A stretch of DNA of 32,000 nt from positions 3,930,001 through 3,962,000 of the forward strand of contig JAIZWK010000001.1 in NCBI GenBank assembly GCA_021498095.1, given 5' to 3'. The stretch comes from Candidatus Harpocratesius repetitus. GTDB lineage: Archaea > Asgardarchaeota > Lokiarchaeia > Sigyniarchaeales > Promethearchaeaceae. Within the stretch, counting starts at the first letter, position 1. The number at the start of each line of letters is the position of its first letter. Position numbers and translations under genes: made by a program. Below are positions 1 through 7,671 of this stretch, one piece after another. Below the pieces are notes generated by a model that ran no database searches, had not been told where the DNA came from, and worked only from the letters and a program-made list of their open reading frames with translations.

Positions 1-73
1 ACACAAGTGGAACGCACTGTAACCTTTTTAAAACAAAATTACATACTTGAGAACAATTCAACGTGAAACACTT

Positions 74-1264
74 ATGGATCAAAAAAAAACAACATATGAA
101 ATGTTAGGAGTATCTTCACAGAAAGAAGAAGTGCATGCAGCAGTCAAAAACCTTAATCAAGGCATATTTCCAGGTGCTTTTTGCAAGATAATAGCAGATA
201 TTGCAGATAATCCTGCTTATTGTTCTTTAGTCCATGCAGATGGCGCAGGAACAAAATCGTCTCTTGCTTATATGATGTTCAGTGAAACAGCAGATCTTTC
301 TTATTTTGAGGGAATTGTTCAAGATAGTATAGTAATGAATGTAGATGATGTCCTTTGTGTAGGTGCCGGAACGAGTTTCTTATTATCCAATACAATTGGT
401 CGAAATAAAAAACTAATTTCTGGTGCTGTAATTAAAACAATAATCGAAGCTTATGATAAATTTATTCAACGATTACAAGAATTTGGACTTCCTATTACAT
501 CATGTGGAGGAGAAACAGCTGATGTTGGTGATTTGGTTAGAACTTTAATTGTTGATTCCACATTGGTTACACGAATGAAGAGATCTGAGGTCATCCATCC
601 AAAATCAATTCAGCCAGGAGATGTAATTGTTGGATTAAGTAGTTTTGGAAAAGCAAATTATGAAGATGAATATAATAGTGGTATTGGTAGTAATGGCTTA
701 ACACTAGCACGACACGGATTATTGCATCATGACTATTATAAAAAGTATCAGGAATGTTACAGCCCAGAATTGGATGAAAATTGGACATTTTTTGGAAAAT
801 ACAGTCTGCATGACAAAGTGCCTCAAACGAACTTAACTGTTGGCCAAGCTATTTTATCACCTACTAGAACCTATACCCCAATTCTTTTAGAATTATTTAA
901 AATTGATCGATCACAAATTCATGCAATTTTCCATAATACTGGTGGAGGTCAGACTAAATGTTTAAAATTTGGGGAATCTCTTCATTACTATAAAAATAAC
1001 ATGTTTGCAGATCCACCATTTTTTAAACTAATTCAAGAATCATCTCAAACAGGATGGAAAGAGATGTATCAAGTATTTAATATGGGGCATAGAATGGAAA
1101 TTATATGTTCTGAAGATTTTGCAAAAGATTTCGTTATTAGAACTGCTCGCAAATATGGAGTTGAATCGAAAATAATTGGAGTTGTTGAGCGTTCTTCAGA
1201 AAAACATAAGAATTATTTGACTATCGAGAATTTGCATGGTAAATTTGAATATTCCTCAAAATAA
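74..1264 (+). CDS. purM: Phosphoribosylformylglycinamidine cyclo-ligase (AIR synthase), long Bacteroidota-like type
   Basis: Motifs HADGAGTKSS, MNVDDVLCVGA, GGETADVGD, GSNGLT, SPTRTY, FNMGHR. ATG at 74 preferred over the TTG at 47 used in the ORF track. Confidence 0.88.
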   Translation: MDQKKTTYEMLGVSSQKEEVHAAVKNLNQGIFPGAFCKIIADIADNPAYCSLVHADGAGTKSSLAYMMFSETADLSYFEGIVQDSIVMNVDDVLCVGAGTSFLLSNTIGRNKKLISGAVIKTIIEAYDKFIQRLQEFGLPITSCGGETADVGDLVRTLIVDSTLVTRMKRSEVIHPKSIQPGDVIVGLSSFGKANYEDEYNSGIGSNGLTLARHGLLHHDYYKKYQECYSPELDENWTFFGKYSLHDKVPQTNLTVGQAILSPTRTYTPILLELFKIDRSQIHAIFHNTGGGQTKCLKFGESLHYYKNNMFADPPFFKLIQESSQTGWKEMYQVFNMGHRMEIICSEDFAKDFVIRTARKYGVESKIIGVVERSSEKHKNYLTIENLHGKFEYSSK

Positions 1265-1287
1265 GAGAAATATGGTGATTCTTGAAA

Positions 1288-2358
1288 ATGACAACTTCTG
1301 AAAACTATGCAAGGCTTATATTTTTGCTCCTTTCAAGCGTCTTAACAAATTTTTTTTTCTATTTTATTTCTCAAATAATTTTAGATAAATCACTTTCTGA
1401 TGGATTATTGAAACTATATATTTACTGGATCAGTTTAGCGGTTTTCACCTTTTTTTCCTTATCATTTGGAGTCTGGATCGTTTACAAAATTTTCCCAAAT
1501 AACCAAGTTAAAAATATCCAACAATCAAAAAAACAAGATAAAAAAAAAAAAAACAATTCATTATCTTTACCTCCTAAGAACAAAGATCAAAAACCCCATC
1601 TAAAAATTCTATTCAAAGGATTTACAAAAAAAAACTTTTTTTCTCAAATTAAGGATGGTATTTTACTTTTCACTTGTATTTACATTCCCTTAGATTTTAT
1701 CAGTTATCTTATTCCAGGAGTTTTAGATTATTCAGTCAATTCTTTACAAGTATTAGATTTGAACGATCCTATGAACTATTTTCTTTATAATTTTCCTTTA
1801 ATGATAATCACAACTCTTTTTATCCATTTCTTAGTTGCGAGTCGAGAAGAATTCATATACCGGGAATTTTTCTTAACGATTGGCAAAGAAGAACTTCAAT
1901 CGCCCAAAGTATTCTTGTATAGTGCAATCCTATTCGGATTGGCACATTTTAATTATATTTTTATTCCAAATAATATTGGTAAATCTGTTTTTTATCCAAT
2001 TTGGTGGGGTTTCAACGGTTTAATTATTGGATTAATTGCTGGAGCTTATTTTTGGGGAAAACAAAAGATTTTTCCTCTAATTTTCGCACATTGGATAAAC
2101 AATACATTTTCAGCAATTGTTGTTCGACAATATGTATTAGGATATTCTTTTTGGAATTATATATTTATTTACCTTTATATTCCAGTTTTAAGTTTGGCTC
2201 TTATCTTTTATATCACAAGAATTTTTAAGATTGATCATTTATTCAAGATTATTAAAAAGAATGTTGTCAAGTATGTCCAATCAATAAACAATTGGAAGAC
2301 TCTTGCATTAGATTTTTTTATGATAGGAATTCTTTGGTTATTATTATCTCTTATTTAA
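1288..2358 (+). CDS. CPBP-family (CAAX protease/Abi/Rce1-like) intramembrane glutamic endopeptidase
   Basis: Many TM segments; motifs EEFIYR, FGLAH, AHWINN. GGTGA SD-like site at 1274-1278; alternative TTG start at 1282. Confidence 0.85.
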   Translation: MTTSENYARLIFLLLSSVLTNFFFYFISQIILDKSLSDGLLKLYIYWISLAVFTFFSLSFGVWIVYKIFPNNQVKNIQQSKKQDKKKKNNSLSLPPKNKDQKPHLKILFKGFTKKNFFSQIKDGILLFTCIYIPLDFISYLIPGVLDYSVNSLQVLDLNDPMNYFLYNFPLMIITTLFIHFLVASREEFIYREFFLTIGKEELQSPKVFLYSAILFGLAHFNYIFIPNNIGKSVFYPIWWGFNGLIIGLIAGAYFWGKQKIFPLIFAHWINNTFSAIVVRQYVLGYSFWNYIFIYLYIPVLSLALIFYITRIFKIDHLFKIIKKNVVKYVQSINNWKTLALDFFMIGILWLLLSLI

Positions 2359-2406
2359 AAATTCGATGAATAGATTGGATTATATCATTTTTTTCTCTTC
2401 AAAATT

Positions 2407-2412
2407 GGAGGT
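2407..2412 (+). promoter_or_regulatory. Shine-Dalgarno site GGAGGT for a GTG start at 2423
   Basis: GGAGGT 10 nt upstream of in-frame GTG AAA ATT GGA (KIGILSDTH is the usual N-terminus of this family). Confidence 0.65.
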
Positions 2413-2422
2413 AATCAGTAAA

Positions 2423-2962
2423 GTGAAAATTGGAATATTATCAGACACTCACATTAACTTTACACTAAATTCTGAAACAGAAAAAACATATTCTCACCTA
2501 ATTTTAGTAATTAAATACTATTTTCAAGATGTAGATCATATTATTCATGCGGGAGATGTGCTACTAGAAGAATTTATCCATGATTTGGAAAAAATTGCAC
2601 CAACTAGTGTCGTTCGTGGGAATATGGATTTTATTTCAAAATGGCCAAAAATTCTACATTTAACCTTTGAAGGAGTTTCAATTGTTGTGGCTCATGAACC
2701 ACAAGTTTATTTTGAATTAAAAGAAAAACCTAGAGTTTTCATCCATGGTCATACACATTACCCTAGAATTCAAGAAACTCATGAACACTGTTTGATCGTT
2801 AATCCTGGTTCTCTGACACAACCTCGACATTCTCCTTATTTGATCAAAGGATTTGAAAATGATGCTCCACCAGAACCAACACTAGCAATATTAGAAATTT
2901 CTCAAGAGATGGTTTCTGCATTTATTAAAAAGATCGCAAAAAAGAAGAATAAAAAATTTTGA
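2423..2962 (+). CDS. Metallophosphoesterase, YfcE/MJ0936 (Vps29-related) family
   Basis: Calcineurin-like motifs SDTH, HAGD, RGNMD, GHTH, NPGS. Start moved from 2366 to GTG 2423 on SD evidence. Confidence 0.88.
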   Translation: MKIGILSDTHINFTLNSETEKTYSHLILVIKYYFQDVDHIIHAGDVLLEEFIHDLEKIAPTSVVRGNMDFISKWPKILHLTFEGVSIVVAHEPQVYFELKEKPRVFIHGHTHYPRIQETHEHCLIVNPGSLTQPRHSPYLIKGFENDAPPEPTLAILEISQEMVSAFIKKIAKKKNKKF

Positions 2963-2966
2963 ATCT

Positions 2967-3527
2967 TTAATAATTTTTTTTTATTATTTCTTGAAATCTA
3001 TCGAAAATACTAAATGCAACCTTTGTAAAAACATTAATTACATTTGATTGTTCGTGGTCCAACTCCCTTTTTGCAGAAACTAATTCTATTGGTATCCCTA
3101 GACTATTTTCCATTTCAGATATTTCATCTTTACTTACTTTAAACTCTAAATCTGTCTTATTTCCTACAATTAGTTTTATGGCATCCGGACAAATTTGATC
3201 TGCAAATTTCGCCCATTCAGGTAAGCTTTCATAACTACTTCGATCATTAACATCAAAAACGATGATAATTCCAAGAGAGCCTTCACAATAAATAGAAGTG
3301 ACTTCAAAGTATTGATCTTGACCCGCCATATCCCAGTAAACCAAGGTCATTATATCATTATTACGAAGTTGGGACAAATCTCTATTTGTATATGACCTTT
3401 CAATGAAATCTGCCCCTAGAGTAGTAATGTACTCTTCGGTGAATGTATTTTTAATATATCTTAGAATTAATGAGGTTTTTCCTGTGCCTTCAGATCCAAT
3501 TACGGACACTTTTCCTTTATATTCCAT
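2967..3527 (-). CDS. Rab-like small GTPase (Ras superfamily)
   Basis: G1 GSEGTGKTS, G2 YITTLG, G3 WDMAGQ, G4 NKTD, G5 SAK. ATG at 3527 preceded by GGAG; no C-terminal Cys. Confidence 0.93.
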   Translation of the reverse strand: MEYKGKVSVIGSEGTGKTSLILRYIKNTFTEEYITTLGADFIERSYTNRDLSQLRNNDIMTLVYWDMAGQDQYFEVTSIYCEGSLGIIIVFDVNDRSSYESLPEWAKFADQICPDAIKLIVGNKTDLEFKVSKDEISEMENSLGIPIELVSAKRELDHEQSNVINVFTKVAFSIFDRFQEIIKKNY

Positions 3528-3528
3528 A

Positions 3529-4440
3529 TTAATCTCCTGTTTTTGTTTGATTTTTCTTGGCAAAAATAACTTGTTGACATAAATGCGTAAAAACCCACAT
3601 ACTTAAAGTATATAAACCTTTAATTTGACTTTTAGAAGCATTTTCCATGAATACCCCATAACCATATGTTGGTTTAGGAACAGAACTTGAAAGATATGTT
3701 TGAACATAAGCTTTTTCTGTAATCACCAAACCAAATGGAATTATAGGTGAAGAGTTCCAATTATAAAATTTTACTCCTTCATGATATAAATGATTGATCA
3801 GTGGTGTGAATTGCTTTTCATCTTTAGAAATTTTCATTGAAATTCGAAATTCAGCGTTAGATTTTTGTAATTTCTCCAAAATCCATTGAGTAATTGCTTC
3901 AAATTCTCGTAGAGCGACATTCGAATAATCAAGAGTTAATATTAAGAAACAATATTCTTCTGCTTCTTCAATGAATTTCCGGATTAATTTCCGGATTTTT
4001 TTCTCTCCTTGAACTGTCCAAACAGAATTTATCTCAATTGGTTGAAATTTAGTGAGATTTTCTAAATCTTGAACCAAATGCTCAGCTAAACCAATTTTAT
4101 TTTTAAATTTTGATATCAATTTTCCAAAGACAATCTCGGGAGGCACTGCCCTGTATCGAGGAGCACGAGGAACAGGTTCTTCTTCAACAATACCTCTTTT
4201 AACCAGCCTTTTTAAAGAATCATATACCCGAGCACGATCAACCTGACTTTTTTCAGATATTTTTGCAGGGCTACTTAAACCAAAAAGAAGCAAAGTTGTA
4301 TAAATTCTTGAATCATTTAATGTAAATGAACCAAGTTTTTGTAAATTTTTATTGATTTCAGCTAATTTTTCCCTAAATTCGTTATTGTCTGTAAAATCTT
4401 CACCCTCAGGCTCTATAGATTCATTTGGTAATTCAGCGAT
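3529..4440 (-). CDS. TrmB-family transcriptional regulator (N-terminal wHTH plus C-terminal effector-like domain)
   Basis: ISEKSQVDRARVYDSLKRLVKRGIV is a TrmB-type HTH. The frame stays open upstream of the ORF-track start (4293) to 4446 and encodes the expected first helices (LQKLGSFTLNDSRIYTTLLLFG). Start codon uncertain; see findings. Confidence 0.8.
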   Translation of the reverse strand: MAELPNESIEPEGEDFTDNNEFREKLAEINKNLQKLGSFTLNDSRIYTTLLLFGLSSPAKISEKSQVDRARVYDSLKRLVKRGIVEEEPVPRAPRYRAVPPEIVFGKLISKFKNKIGLAEHLVQDLENLTKFQPIEINSVWTVQGEKKIRKLIRKFIEEAEEYCFLILTLDYSNVALREFEAITQWILEKLQKSNAEFRISMKISKDEKQFTPLINHLYHEGVKFYNWNSSPIIPFGLVITEKAYVQTYLSSSVPKPTYGYGVFMENASKSQIKGLYTLSMWVFTHLCQQVIFAKKNQTKTGD

Positions 4441-4446
4441 AATAAT

Positions 4447-4451
4447 TCACC
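4447..4451 (-). promoter_or_regulatory. GGTGA SD-like motif upstream of the extended TrmB ORF, with a TATA-like TTTATAAT further upstream
   Basis: Minus strand reads TTTATAAT-ATGTTAATT-GGTGA-ATT-ATT-ATC-GCT; similar GGTGA motifs precede genes at 1288 and 21306. Confidence 0.4.
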
Positions 4452-4686
4452 AATTAACATATTATAAATGTAATCAATTTTTAATTAATTTAGATTCATA
4501 TTTCTTAAATATATAACGACTTATCTACACTTATTATTTTAGAGAAATTTCTTTTATTTAAAGTATACTTTTCTGAAAAAATAAAGCAATTCTTCTTTTT
4601 GAAAATTGATAATGATTGGTTTCTGGATCCTTAAAGTAGCTGCTATTGTTATTAGAAAATATCGAAAGAAAAGTTGGTTGATATAA

Positions 4687-5325
4687 ATGAATCAATGGTA
4701 TCATATATTCTCGTATTTTTGGTGGGATAATCCAATTGGAATTATTGCATCATGTATAATTATTGTGCTGGCAGTATATCTAACATTTTATATAATAATT
4801 GAGTTAATTGAATTTGGTTATTGGATCGGAATACAATCGTTCAAAGCAATGGGAATTGGCTTATTTATTGTGGGATATACCCTGATATTCATCTTTTTAA
4901 TACTTCCACTTGATTTAATTTCACCATATAAGTCTGTTTCGGATAGCTTCTTAATTTACGCAAAAAATATCGAAAAAAATGTTTATCTTTTCTATCCTAA
5001 ATTAGAAAAAAGAATAAAAAAGACAATAAAGAATCAAAAAGGAGAAAAAAGACAAAAAACCATTCTTCCATATGATGCTCCAGCAATTTCTCCGAAAACG
5101 CGCCGTATTATTGATGAACCTATCAATAATAAATCAGTAAAATCACAAATTTCTAATTCAAGAATACCAGAATACAATATACCGAAGTTTTATTGTTCCA
5201 AATGTGGAAAACCGTTTACACCTTTAATGATCTCTTTATTAAATAAAAAAAATGAAACATTCTGTGAAATTTGTGGCCAAAAATATAAGGAAAGAAATAA
5301 TATCCCTGTTCCCATTGCAAAATAA
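4687..5325 (+). CDS. Hypothetical membrane protein with C-terminal C4 zinc ribbon
   Basis: Two hydrophobic N-terminal segments, basic linker, CSKC-x16-CEIC near the C-terminus. Confidence 0.72.
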   Translation: MNQWYHIFSYFWWDNPIGIIASCIIIVLAVYLTFYIIIELIEFGYWIGIQSFKAMGIGLFIVGYTLIFIFLILPLDLISPYKSVSDSFLIYAKNIEKNVYLFYPKLEKRIKKTIKNQKGEKRQKTILPYDAPAISPKTRRIIDEPINNKSVKSQISNSRIPEYNIPKFYCSKCGKPFTPLMISLLNKKNETFCEICGQKYKERNNIPVPIAK

Positions 5326-5400
5326 CAATTATTACAAATTTAGAATAATCAATATTAACAGAACAGAGATATTTAAATTCAATTTTTCTAATGATAATGT

Positions 5401-6219
5401 ATGCACATTGGAACATATGAATTGAAAAAAATTGATTGGTTTCTTATTGTTTTTTTACTTATTTTAATAGTATTAACACCAATTATCTTAACTAATCCAG
5501 ATTTTGCAAAGAATTTTGATATATCTGTTTGGTTTGGTTCAGAAAGCTATGCACAATTAAATTATTGGGCAGCAATTGGATTTCTTATTTTGGTTAGCTT
5601 TTTAGGTGCATTAATTCCAATCCCAATTCCATATATTATACCTGCAGCTCTTTTTGCCAGTGCTTATTTTAATTCTGATTCAATTTCCTATCCATATTTG
5701 AAAATAATTGGAATCATTTTCTTAGCTGCGTTAGGAAATAGTATTGGAGATTTCTTAGATTATATTATTGGAAATGGTGCAGGTCACGTAATGGAAAAAG
5801 ATCAACCAGATTTAACAGATAAGTGGAGTCAAAGAATACTTAAGAAACCAAAAGCAATTCCTGGAATAATTGTAGCATTTGGTTTAACGCCTTTACCAGA
5901 TTCTTTATTATTAGTGCCTTTAGGGTTAGTTAAATATCCAATAAAAAAAACATTATTTTGGATGTATGTTGGAAAAGTAGGTATGTTTTTATTGGTTGTT
6001 ATGGCAGGAATCCTTGGAATCGAACCAATTTTGAATTTGTTAGGTGAAGGTGGAGGAGATTCTGGCAGTATTGCAGGAATTATTTTGCTCTATTTAATGT
6101 GGTTGATCGTTGCTCTAATGGCGAAATGGGATTCTATTTTCAAAAAGAATAAAAAGAGAGAAAATGAAGTAGAAAATGAAGTAGAAAATGAAAACCTAAT
6201 GAAAGTAGAACAAAAATAA
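5401..6219 (+). CDS. DedA/VTT (SNARE-associated Golgi protein) family membrane protein
   Basis: GALIPIPIPY, GNSIGDFLDYIIG and FGLTPLPDSLLLVPLG motifs, multiple TM helices. Confidence 0.78.
   Translation: MHIGTYELKKIDWFLIVFLLILIVLTPIILTNPDFAKNFDISVWFGSESYAQLNYWAAIGFLILVSFLGALIPIPIPYIIPAALFASAYFNSDSISYPYLKIIGIIFLAALGNSIGDFLDYIIGNGAGHVMEKDQPDLTDKWSQRILKKPKAIPGIIVAFGLTPLPDSLLLVPLGLVKYPIKKTLFWMYVGKVGMFLLVVMAGILGIEPILNLLGEGGGDSGSIAGIILLYLMWLIVALMAKWDSIFKKNKKRENEVENEVENENLMKVEQK
6160..6192 (+). repeat. 12-bp tandem repeat GAAAATGAAGTA x2.75 encoding ENEVENEVENE
   Basis: Read directly from the sequence at the 3' end of the VTT gene. Confidence 0.9.
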
Positions 6220-6358
6220 GAAAAACAAGATAAAGAAGAATTAAATTAATAAGAAGAGTAAAAATATCAAAAAGAACATAAATATAGTAATTCTTCTTTA
6301 TTTTTATCATGAAATTTTTAAAAATACTTAAGCAAAATGAGAAATTTTAAGCATTTTT

Positions 6359-7498
6359 TCATTTTTCTTTTCCATTTTGATATTCTTTAACAAAATTTCT
6401 AAATGCACTTAAAGCTTCAGGCAGATTTTTTCTTCCAAATCCAAGTCGAAAATGGGAATCACCATATTCATATAATGTACTTGGTAATAATAAAATTCCT
6501 GCTTCATCCACTACTTTTTTACAAAAATTTTCGGAGGAAATATCATTCTTGAGTTTTACTAAAGTGATAGAGCCAGCGCGAGGTTTTTTCCATTCAAAAA
6601 GATCTTTATAATCCATAAAGAATTCATCTAAATATTTCAGATTTTTTTTTATTATTTCTAAATTACGATGAACTAAATGTTTTCTATGTCTTAATGCAAG
6701 AATGGCTAAAAATTCGCTTGGAGCACTATTACAAATAGTAGTATAGTCTTTAAATGCACTCATTTTCCTTAAAAGTTCCGCATTCTTTGTGGCAATCCAT
6801 CCAATTCTCAATCCAGCCAATCCGAAAGCTTTAGATAAAACACCTAATGAAATTGCATTCTCATATAGATCACATGCAGGAGGAAGTCTAAAACTTGGTG
6901 AGTATTCTAAAAGTCGGTAAACTTCATCTGAAAATAGATAGATTTTCCGTTTTTTAGCAATATCAATTATTGATTGAAAATCATCTTTTGATATTAAGGA
7001 TCCAGTTGGATTATGTGGTTGATTGATAATTATTAATTTTGTATTCACTTGAAGGAGATCTTTCATAGTTTCAATATTAAACTGCCATTCGGTATCTGTT
7101 TCTTCTACAATCCATTTGCTAACATTGCATCCAATGGAATTTGCAATTTCAAACAAAGATTGATAAGCAGGATACTGCACGATAATATGATCATCTGGAT
7201 TCAATAACACATTTAGAAAGACAAAAATTCCTTCCTCAGCACCAGAAAAGCATAAAATTTGCTCAGATGAAATAGAAGAATACAATTTCGCAATTTCTGC
7301 GCGAAGTTGGGGATTTCCTTCTGATTCAGTATATCCTAACCAGAGATCTTGTAATTTTTCTAAAGATTCTTTATAATTACCCAAAATTAAAAGATCTCTG
7401 ATGCTTATTGATTCACAATCGCTGGAACTTAAAAGATAGGGTGCTTTAAATTCATATCGATTGAAATATCTTTCTAACAAGAAATCAGAAATTTTCAT
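6359..7498 (-). CDS. PLP-dependent aminotransferase, class I/II
   Basis: NQPHNPTG, SDEVY, SKAFGLAGLRIGW (PLP lysine), FRLGFG. Confidence 0.92.
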   Translation of the reverse strand: MKISDFLLERYFNRYEFKAPYLLSSSDCESISIRDLLILGNYKESLEKLQDLWLGYTESEGNPQLRAEIAKLYSSISSEQILCFSGAEEGIFVFLNVLLNPDDHIIVQYPAYQSLFEIANSIGCNVSKWIVEETDTEWQFNIETMKDLLQVNTKLIIINQPHNPTGSLISKDDFQSIIDIAKKRKIYLFSDEVYRLLEYSPSFRLPPACDLYENAISLGVLSKAFGLAGLRIGWIATKNAELLRKMSAFKDYTTICNSAPSEFLAILALRHRKHLVHRNLEIIKKNLKYLDEFFMDYKDLFEWKKPRAGSITLVKLKNDISSENFCKKVVDEAGILLLPSTLYEYGDSHFRLGFGRKNLPEALSAFRNFVKEYQNGKEK

Positions 7499-7671
7499 AG
7501 CTTATCCTTTCCATTGTCATGAAATCTTGATCGCTCTTATACTCTTATAAAATGTGATCAATTAATCAAGTAATCTGGTTATAAAGAGTGAAAAGCTTTC
7601 AATAAAATCAAAAAACTGGCAACCAGATGGCTTTTAATTTCCTATTATCTAATTAAGGAAACGGGAGAAAA

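Noticed and set aside
1288-3527. CAAX-type protease near a small GTPase as a prenylation-processing module
   Set aside because: Neither GTPase has a C-terminal Cys or CaaX box and no prenyltransferase is in the window; prokaryotic CPBP proteins have many other roles.
3975-3998. 12-bp near-duplicate ATTTCCGGATTA/ATTTCCGGATTT
   Set aside because: Reflects the helical coding repeat KIRKLIRKF in TrmB; only two copies, not an array.
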